7,631 bases of DNA from a virus (lineage: Duplodnaviria > Heunggongvirae > Uroviricota > Caudoviricetes), in the IMG/VR virus record IMGVR_UViG_2531839585_000017; one strand, 5' to 3'. A program made the position numbers and the translations under genes. Below the pieces are notes generated by a model. The model saw only the letters and a list, made by a program, of their open reading frames with translations. It ran no database searches and was not told where the DNA came from. Of this stretch, positions 1-4,865 are shown piece by piece. Each line of letters starts with the position of its first letter. The stretch's first letter is position 1.

Positions 1-2
1 CA

Positions 3-194
3 GAAATTTCAGACAACTATGACAATCTTCCTGAGAAAGTATCCAAGCTTGTTGAAAACTATAAAGGATTTAGATTTAACTCAGAAGCAGAGACAATCAG
101 AAATTTATTACGCTATATAGTCAACACACGGAAATTAAGTGATTTCTCACAAGCACTTTTGAAGATTGAAGAGATAATAAATAATTACAAATAA
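3..194 (+). CDS. 3' end (last 63 codons) of a gene whose start lies upstream of the window; product unknown; sits at the cos-proximal accessory position of a P4-type satellite
   Basis: Frame 3 is open from the window edge to TAA at 192..194 (…RYIVNTRKLSDFSQALLKIEEIINNYK*). About 30% G+C by hand count (58/194) against a visibly GC-rich remainder. Hairpin plus T-run terminator directly downstream. No domain recognisable from 63 residues. Confidence 0.5.
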   Translation, partial: EISDNYDNLPEKVSKLVENYKGFRFNSEAETIRNLLRYIVNTRKLSDFSQALLKIEEIINNYK

Positions 195-212
195 TTTCGT
201 TCCTAGCGCGCA

Positions 213-231
213 GTGCTTTCCCCGCCTCGCC
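213..231 (-). other. cos: cos cohesive-end 19-mer of P2/P4-type phages (packaging site)
   Basis: Plus strand 213..231 is GTGCTTTCCCCGCCTCGCC, the exact reverse complement of GGCGAGGCGGGGAAAGCAC, which I recall as the 19-nt cohesive end shared by P2, 186 and P4. It lies about 165 bp beyond the psu stop, where cos is expected in a circularised P4 genome. Confidence 0.65.
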
Positions 232-255
232 CGCCCGCTTTGCGGGGCGGTTTTA
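231..255 (+). terminator. GC-rich hairpin plus T-run; putative intrinsic terminator for the upstream plus-strand gene (overlaps the cos flank)
   Basis: ccgcccgc (231..238) / gcggggcgg (242..250) stem with one bulge, 3-nt loop, followed by TTTT (251..254). Confidence 0.4.
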
Positions 256-332
256 ATGCAGTTGCACTGACACGCTCAGACCGCGCCGGGAATGGCGCGG
301 TTTGCAGAAAATGAGGCAGGGAAACGCATGCA

Positions 333-365
333 AAGCCATGCACCTTATCGATGCATGGCTTTTTT
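333..365. terminator. Perfect 10-bp stem hairpin with T-run; putative terminator between the convergent cargo gene and psu, possibly bidirectional
   Basis: aagccatgca (333..342) pairs perfectly with tgcatggctt (352..361), 9-nt loop, followed by tttt (362..365) on the plus strand. An A-run precedes it when read on the minus strand, 35 bp past the psu stop. Confidence 0.45.
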
Positions 366-395
366 CAGTAAAAACGGGCGGATTTTCGGGGAATT

Positions 396-967
396 TTACA
401 CAGACTGATGTGATGCCAGTTGCGCACTTTTACGCGAAAAAATCATGTTCTGCGCAGGAGTGAATTTTTCACGGCTGTCATCCACCGAAGCCGCGTCAGG
501 CCTGAATCCGATGGCCGTTAAAATGTCGCTATCCTGTGCGGAATAATTAATTTTTTCACCCTTCGCAAGCCAGGACAGAAGGGCTTCACGCAGGGCATCT
601 GTGGCACGCTGTATGGCACAGTTTCGGGCAATGGCCGTCAGCTCACTGTAGCCCATCAGCTCCGGTGCCAGTGCCGCCGCCAGTGCTGTGCCGTGCTGCT
701 GCATAAAATCATTCAGCCGGTCGCGGATGCTGATGTGCTGAACGCTTCATGCGAACGAATATAACGACCGGCGGCCTGATTCACCTGCCATTTTCTGACT
801 TCGATAATATTGCGTAATTCGTCCAGGCGACTGACGTTTCTGCCTTCTCCTGACAGAAGCCGCAGATATTCCTGTTCGGCCGCTGCCAGCTCATTTTTGC
901 GTTGCAGCCATGCTGCTTTGTTATTCTGACAGGTGTCAAAGGCCTGCTGTAAGGCTGTGCTTTCCAT
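396..967 (-). pseudogene. psu: Psu (polarity suppression / capsid decoration) homologue; frame broken by one single-base deletion near 740
   Basis: Track ORFs 713..967 and 396..704 are consecutive. The downstream frame is open upstream to 746 and overlaps the upstream frame, so one missing base near 739..741 (observed ctgaacgc, expected ctggaacgc) joins them. Span 572 nt = 190 codons + stop minus 1 nt, matching the recalled 190-aa P4 Psu. Last gene of the sid-delta-psu operon, ending near cos. Identity rests on synteny and length, not motifs. Confidence 0.6.
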
Positions 968-1040
968 CGTTATCTCTTTCTCATCATGCTGAAGAATAAA
1001 AATACGGTGTGCGGCGACGGCCGGTGTTAACCGGCAGCCC

Positions 1041-1541
1041 TCATTCCAGACGCAGCGAATATGATTGTGTTTTTAACCGTACTGGCGGCAGTTCCTGTTT
1101 TTCATGCAGGCGTTCTGCCAGTTCGTCCGGCGTGACCGGGCGGACAATGAAACGGTTGATGGTCTGAAGCGTTTTAAACACCAGACCACAGCCCGGATCC
1201 GTGCACACATAAAAACGCTCGGTGACTTCCTGAGACAGACGCCGCGATGTTCTTGACAGTGCAAGGCCTTTACATCTCCGACAACAATATCCGGTAACAA
1301 GCATTCTTTTCGGGCGTTTCATACTGCCGGAGGCTGACGTCAGTGAATCGCGGTATCTCTGTTTGCCTGAAATGTATTCCATTCCTGAATCTTTACTGTC
1401 AGAGAAAAAGCTTTCACTCGCTTCAAATGTCGCAGAGCAATAAATATTCCGGCACTGTGCAATCATTATCTTGGTGCCATCGTCCATGAAATGTGCGCGA
1501 CGGGTGTGAGCAACATGTCCACACGACGGGCAGTAAATCAT
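1041..1541 (-). CDS. delta: Delta late-gene transcriptional activator (Ogr/Delta zinc-finger family; two fused Ogr-like domains)
   Basis: Intact 166-aa ORF. The N-terminal domain MIYCPSCGHVAHTRR…QCRNIYCSATF matches the Ogr signature (C-P-x-C…H-x-R…QC-x-N-x-x-CSATF); a second domain carries CRRC…CTDPGC. 166 aa equals the recalled P4 Delta length. Start ATG 1539..1541 overlaps the sid stop as ATGA (translational coupling). Confidence 0.85.
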   Translation of the reverse strand: MIYCPSCGHVAHTRRAHFMDDGTKIMIAQCRNIYCSATFEASESFFSDSKDSGMEYISGKQRYRDSLTSASGSMKRPKRMLVTGYCCRRCKGLALSRTSRRLSQEVTERFYVCTDPGCGLVFKTLQTINRFIVRPVTPDELAERLHEKQELPPVRLKTQSYSLRLE

Positions 1542-2270
1542 GACAGCAGTCCTCTGGCCTTAAGCTCTGCTCCCTGCTGGTCTATTTTGTCCTGCCACAC
1601 CTTGCGCTGTGCCGGTGTGCCTGCCACCTCATAATCCATGTGCGGGAGTGTTGCCGCTGACAGTCCGGTCAGCCGGAGAACCGGCTCGCCGGTGAGGCTG
1701 ATTTGCATCTGTTTAATTTTCTGTTCCAGCGATGATTTCACCTGCTGCATGACAGCCTTTTCCGGTGCGACGTAGCCCTGATGGCCGGTGGTGTTGGCGA
1801 GCGGATTTTCCTGTACCAGAATGCTCAGATGCATTGCCCGGACAAGCGCCTCACAGGTTTCATTCAGGGCGTGTTCCAGCTCATGCTCTGCATACAGACT
1901 CAGAAGGTGATGATGTGCCTTCCGGTAGGCGGTGGCCGTGCTGTCACACGCCCCTTTCAGGCGTTCCGTTCAAAATTCAGCACCACGCCAGATTGTCATA
2001 TTCCTGTACCAGCTCCCGGCGTGCCACGCGCTCAATGTGGCGCTGTTTCAGCTCGTCGCTCAGGACACCACCGGCTGCACGAAAGGCCGTGCGCCAGTCG
2101 TCAGCGTCGTTTCCGTCGGCCTGCGCCAGCGCATTTTTTTCCTGCTCTGCCCGTTCAATGGCCGTAACGGTCTCATCCATCAGGCGGGCGTTCTCAAGAT
2201 GGGCGGCTCTGGACTTTTCCAGTTGTGCCAGTGCGGGTTGCAGATATTCAGGGATGGTGTTGTCAGACAT
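1538..2270 (-). pseudogene. sid: Sid (capsid size determination) homologue; frame broken by two single-base deletions near 1965..1985
   Basis: ATG at 2268..2270 (minus strand) with SD GAGGAG 7 nt upstream (plus coords 2278..2283) gives MSDNTIPEYL…; the track's start at 2288 is an in-frame upstream GTG. The frame ends …YDNLAWC* at 1977, an overlapping frame reads VVLNFERNA, and the third frame runs from 1969 to the stop at 1538. Span 733 nt = 244 codons + stop minus 2 nt, matching the recalled 244-aa P4 Sid. First gene of the late operon, downstream of Delta-type dyads. Confidence 0.6.
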
Positions 2271-2295
2271 TTTCCGGCTCCTCGTCACTTCAGGT

Positions 2296-2360
2296 TAAGA
2301 AAATTGTGACGTACACCGGACAACAACACGACGCATTGCAGATGTGCCAGCCCTGACACA
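2296..2360 (-). promoter_or_regulatory. Psid-like late promoter with two Ogr/Delta-type dyads (TGT-N12-ACA)
   Basis: TGT-N12-ACA at 2343..2360 and again at 2305..2322, 38 bp apart. If the distal dyad is centred at -55, the start is near 2296 and the proximal dyad falls near -18, the two-site arrangement I recall for P4 Psid and PLL. The sid SD and ATG follow at 2283..2268. Confidence 0.5.
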
Positions 2361-2438
2361 GGAGACTCATCCTCACACCGGCAAGCCAGGAAAAGGTCGC
2401 AGGAAAAACCGGCTTACTGTTTGTTTTTTTATATTTTA

Positions 2439-2543
2439 CTGTTCACCTCTGTTCACAATAAGAAAAAAGATAAGTAATACAGTAAGTTAAAGGGTGAACA
2501 ATCGCAGTAATGACTGTTCACCGTCTGTTCACCACTGTTCACC
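2439..2543. repeat. Cluster of P4 type-I iterons (TGTTCACC / GGTGAACA) with adjacent AT-rich tract: ori-like replication origin
   Basis: TGTTCACC at 2439..2446, 2515..2522, 2526..2533, 2536..2543; variant TGTTCACA at 2449..2456; inverted copy GGTGAACA at 2493..2500. The last three are tandem at 10-11 bp spacing. An AT-rich stretch (2560..2640) follows. The same octamer recurs in the crr repeats about 4.8 kb away, matching the recalled P4 ori-crr arrangement. Confidence 0.6.
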
Positions 2544-2647
2544 CGTTGATGGGCTTTTTGTGCTGTTTACTACTGTTTGTTTTTATTAATTCGCCGTGAA
2601 TGAATAAGAAGAAACGATTTGTATTTCACTATAAAAATTACGAATTG

Positions 2648-2677
2648 CTTTAAGTGGCTTTAAATGACTTTAAGTGG
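2648..2677. repeat. Three tandem 10-bp repeats (CTTTAAGTGG / CTTTAAATGA / CTTTAAGTGG) upstream of the vis promoter: candidate regulator binding sites
   Basis: Exact helical-turn periodicity, seen directly: 2648..2657, 2658..2667, 2668..2677. Confidence 0.35.
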
Positions 2678-2701
2678 AATGAACAAAAAACACACAGTCA
2701 T

Positions 2702-2719
2702 TGTAAGGCTGCCGGAACA
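2702..2719 (+). promoter_or_regulatory. TGT-N12-ACA dyad upstream of vis: candidate Delta-responsive PLL-like promoter element
   Basis: TGTaaggctgccggaACA at 2702..2719. A -55 centre would put the start near 2765, giving a leader of about 55 nt before the vis ATG at 2822. No clear -35. Confidence 0.35.
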
Positions 2720-2821
2720 AATCCCCCCTGTTGCGTCTGCCAAAAATATTCACAAAATAAAGCGCTACCCGAAGCCGGACGGACTTATCCGGTGCTGTAT
2801 GGACATTAACGAGGTAGCCCG

Positions 2822-3088
2822 ATGCAAGCTGTTTTTTCTTCCCCGTCTCCCGCCCCTGTGACGCCACTGATGCCGCTGCCGGACATCACGCAGGAGCGTT
2901 TTTTACGTCTGCCGGAAGTGATGCACCTGTGCGGCCTGTCACGCTCGACCATCTACGAACTCATCCGTAAGGGGGAATTTCCGCCGCAGGTGAGTCTTGG
3001 CGGTAAAAATGTGGCCTGGCTGCACTCTGAAGTCACCGCATGGATGGCCGGACGCATTGCCGGACGCAAACGGGGGTACGACGCATGA
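2822..3088 (+). CDS. vis: AlpA-family (excisionase-like HTH) phage regulatory protein; positional equivalent of P4 Vis
   Basis: Intact 88-aa ORF with SD GAGG (2811..2814) 7 nt before the ATG. The core …[51 protein letters not shown]… is the typical AlpA/Xis-type helix-turn-helix. Its 88 aa and position between the PLL-like and PLE-like promoters fit P4 vis as I recall it. An internal ATG at 2870 is an alternative start. Confidence 0.8.
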   Translation: MQAVFSSPSPAPVTPLMPLPDITQERFLRLPEVMHLCGLSRSTIYELIRKGEFPPQVSLGGKNVAWLHSEVTAWMAGRIAGRKRGYDA

Positions 3089-3123
3089 TGATGCCCGCTC
3101 TGCAAAAACTCCCTTTTTCTGGC

Positions 3124-3153
3124 TTGCCTTTTTCCGGCATTTGCGGATATAGT
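3124..3153 (+). promoter_or_regulatory. Candidate sigma70 promoter (PLE-like) for the immunity/replication operon
   Basis: TTGCCT (3124..3129), 18-bp spacer, TATAGT (3148..3153). About 400 bp downstream of the PLL-like element, as recalled for P4 PLL/PLE. Sequence-only prediction. Confidence 0.3.
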
Positions 3154-3157
3154 TTTT

Positions 3158-3450
3158 CCGCTGCCGCAAAATCGGCAGCCGGGCGTGAGAACCCGAGTAA
3201 TTCAAAGGCGACATATGACGCGCCATGCGTCTTTTTTTGTGTCGCAATCAACGCCACAGAGCGCCAGATTATGGTGTGGCGTGTGGTTTGCCGTGCAGGT
3301 ATGATCCTGTTCGCAATCGCATGTTATGCCACTGAGTCAATGGTAGCTCAGGCGGGGCAGCCTCCGGGCTGGCCGGTATCCTTTGAGGCCGGTATTCTCA
3401 CCCCCGTCTGGGCTATCGCCATCGAGCGTGAGAACTCCGGCGATAGCGTT
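3158..3450 (+). promoter_or_regulatory. Structured leader with short direct and complementary repeats and two terminator-like hairpins; candidate CI-RNA-type immunity region
   Basis: Hairpin 3160..3179 at the predicted 5' end. Direct repeat GCGTGAGAAC at 3183..3192 and 3426..3435. Partially complementary element gtattctcaccc at 3392..3403 (8 of 10 pairing with the repeat core). Hairpin gacgc/gcgtc plus T7 at 3217..3238. 9-bp stem hairpin 3412..3420 / 3439..3447 with the second repeat in its loop, followed by a T-rich tail. Confidence 0.3.
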
Positions 3451-3473
3451 ATTTCGCTTTACGGAGGTGCCTT

Positions 3474-3581
3474 ATGGCTACACCCTTACCCCCTCACACC
3501 CTGAATTTGTCTTTGTGTTTGCGGCTGTCCGTCGCGCAGACCGTCATCCCCGTATCTGATGCTTCGCACCGTCGCCGGTGA
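3474..3581 (+). CDS. Small ORF (35 codons as read) with strong SD; possibly the 5' part of a frameshifted small gene of about 65 codons
   Basis: GGAGG (3463..3467), 6-nt spacer, ATG 3474, encoding [35 protein letters not shown]. Overlapping frames continue as protein-like sequence (…[29 protein letters not shown]) to a double stop TAATAA at 3667..3672. The true frame and extent cannot be resolved without a reference. Confidence 0.25.
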
Positions 3582-3661
3582 TGAACGCAGCGCCCGCCGT
3601 TCCCTTGTCCGTGACTATGTGCTCTCCCTTGCTGCCCGTCTGCCGGTGGTGGAGGTGTCCC

Positions 3662-3948
3662 GTGCGTAATAAAAAAGCCCCTCAGACCGTCTCAGCCGTC
3701 ATGACGCCCGTGAACACCTCAGCATTGAGGCTTACCATAAGCTCAACCGCGCCAGCGCCGTATCCCAGTTTGTTGGGGGTGATTTGATTCACCGTGAACT
3801 CTCCGGCCTGCATCAGCTCTACATTCCGCATATTTTCAGCTACCTGAATGAAGATATTGATTTTGTGCTGAATGAGCTGAAAGCCAAAGGCCTGTGCCGC
3901 GATTTTCTCGCCCAGCAGAAAGACCGGGGAGACAGGACGCATGTTTGA
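3662..3948 (+). pseudogene. Epsilon-position gene (hypothetical protein immediately upstream of orf151); frame and start uncertain, apparently interrupted
   Basis: A protein-like frame (…EAYHKLNRASAVSQFVGGDLIHRELSGLHQLYIPHIFSYLNEDIDFVLNELKAKGLCRDFLAQQKDRGDRTHV*) ends at 3948, overlapping the orf151 ATG (ATGTTTGA), but has no ATG after the stops at 3667..3672. Candidate starts GTG 3662 or ATG 3701 are in the adjacent frame, so a -1 frameshift is implied. GTG 3662 plus one deletion would give 95 codons, the length I recall for P4 epsilon. Positional assignment only. Confidence 0.35.
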
Positions 3949-4396
3949 TTTTCCCCAGCCCGGTGAGATTTACCGTTCTGCCGGTTTTCCCGATGTGGCC
4001 GTGGTCGGCATTCTGGAAGACGGTATTCCGTGGGAAATGCCGTACCGCTGCCCGGACATTGTCTGGAACCCGTACCGCCGTAAATTCAGTATCCTTGTGC
4101 GTATCCTCGCTGACGGGCGCACCACAGACATCCCGCTGGGGCGTTTTCTGCGGGAATTTACCTGTGACCGTCCTGACCTGTTTAAACGCAGCCCCGTAAA
4201 CCGGCATGCGGTACTGAAAGAAATGGCCGGAGACCCGGAATTACAGAAATGGCGGGAAAAATATCTGGATATTTACCCGCAGGACACTGTTCCGGTCAGC
4301 CGGGCAGCACCGGTGGCGCGGGAATGGCGGGAAATTCCCCGCACGGAGCCTGACCCGGAAACCACCCCGGATAACAGTTACCGCAATTATCTGTAA
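3941..4396 (+). CDS. Hypothetical protein, 151 aa (positional equivalent of P4 orf151)
   Basis: Intact ORF, ATG 3941 to TAA 4394..4396, with a purine-rich SD upstream and start overlapping the preceding stop. Protein-like composition. Length and position upstream of alpha match the orf151 I recall in P4. Confidence 0.75.
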   Translation: MFDFPQPGEIYRSAGFPDVAVVGILEDGIPWEMPYRCPDIVWNPYRRKFSILVRILADGRTTDIPLGRFLREFTCDRPDLFKRSPVNRHAVLKEMAGDPELQKWREKYLDIYPQDTVPVSRAAPVAREWREIPRTEPDPETTPDNSYRNYL

Positions 4397-4469
4397 TTAA
4401 AAAACGACACCCGAAAAATTAAATGTGCGTATTCGCGCAGGGATACGCACGTCTTCAGGAGACGCAGAT

Positions 4470-4535
4470 ATGCCTTATCAGTTAATGCAACCGGCACGGA
4501 ATGCAGTCATCTGTCACAGGGAGAAAAGCAAATGA
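4470..4535 (+). CDS. 21-codon upstream ORF translationally coupled to the next gene ([21 protein letters not shown])
   Basis: AGGAG (4457..4461), 8-nt spacer, ATG 4470. Its stop TGA 4533..4535 overlaps the ATG 4532..4534 of the next gene (ATGA). Preceded by an 8-bp stem hairpin at 4425..4450. Confidence 0.3.
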   Translation: MPYQLMQPARNAVICHREKSK

Positions 4536-4851
4536 AAACACCCTTACCGCCCGTCTTACGCGCTGCCCTTTACCGTCGCGCTGTCGCCTGTGCCTGGCTG
4601 ACCGTGTGCGAACGTCAGCACCGCTACCCGCATCTCACCCTTGATCACTGGAGGCGGCCATCGCCGCTGAGCTGGAAGGCTTTTATCTGCGCCAGCACGG
4701 TGAGGAAAAAGGGCGTCAGATAGCCTGTGCCCTGCTGGAAGATTTAATGGAATCCGGCCCCCTGAAGGCCGCGCCGTCGCTGTCCTTTCTCGGGCTGGTT
4801 GTGATGGATGAACTCTGTGCCCGTCACATAAAAGCGCCGGTACTGCACTGA
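4532..4851 (+). pseudogene. Hypothetical protein of about 106 aa directly upstream of alpha; frame broken by one single-base deletion near 4647
   Basis: Track ORF 4532..4723 ([39 protein letters not shown]…) switches by -1 near cactgg (4645..4650) into an open frame (…[67 protein letters not shown]) ending at TGA 4849..4851, just before the alpha SD. Span 320 nt = 106 codons + stop minus 1 nt. Confidence 0.55.
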
Positions 4852-4865
4852 AGGAGAACAACACC

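Noticed and set aside
1073-1300. Minus-strand ORF 1073..1300 (75 aa) inside delta
   Set aside because: Fully nested in another frame of the well-supported delta gene, with no independent signal.
1765-2309. Plus-strand ORFs 1765..2298, 1781..2167 and 1932..2309 (125-177 aa)
   Set aside because: They are antisense to the sid gene in GC-rich DNA with no SD-ATG context and low-complexity, Arg/Ala/Ser-rich translations. Typical spurious open frames opposite a real gene.
2439-2456. TGT-N12-ACA match at 2439..2456
   Set aside because: It is produced by two adjacent iteron copies (TGTTCACC / TGTTCACA), so it is more likely part of the origin than a Delta-binding dyad.
2664-2867. ORFs 2664..2861 (+) and 2670..2867 (-), 65 aa each
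   Set aside because: They lie across the PLL-like promoter and the start of vis; no RBS. The region is better explained as regulatory.
2939-3504. ORFs 2939..3247 (-), 3033..3257 (-) and the 154-aa plus ORF 3040..3504
   Set aside because: The minus-strand ORFs are antisense to vis and the PLE leader. The 154-aa ORF starts inside vis in another frame and runs through the promoter, hairpins and repeat elements. A short real peptide, possibly Kil-like, may hide in its 3' part (for example from ATG 3271, hydrophobic [19 protein letters not shown]), but I cannot support a specific call.
3578-4207. ORFs 3578..3787 (+), 3682..3942 (-), 3836..4207 (-) and 3894..4199 (+)
   Set aside because: 3578..3787 is one of the competing frames in the frameshift-affected region and is covered by the epsilon-position call. 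The others are antisense or out-of-frame to it and to the intact orf151.
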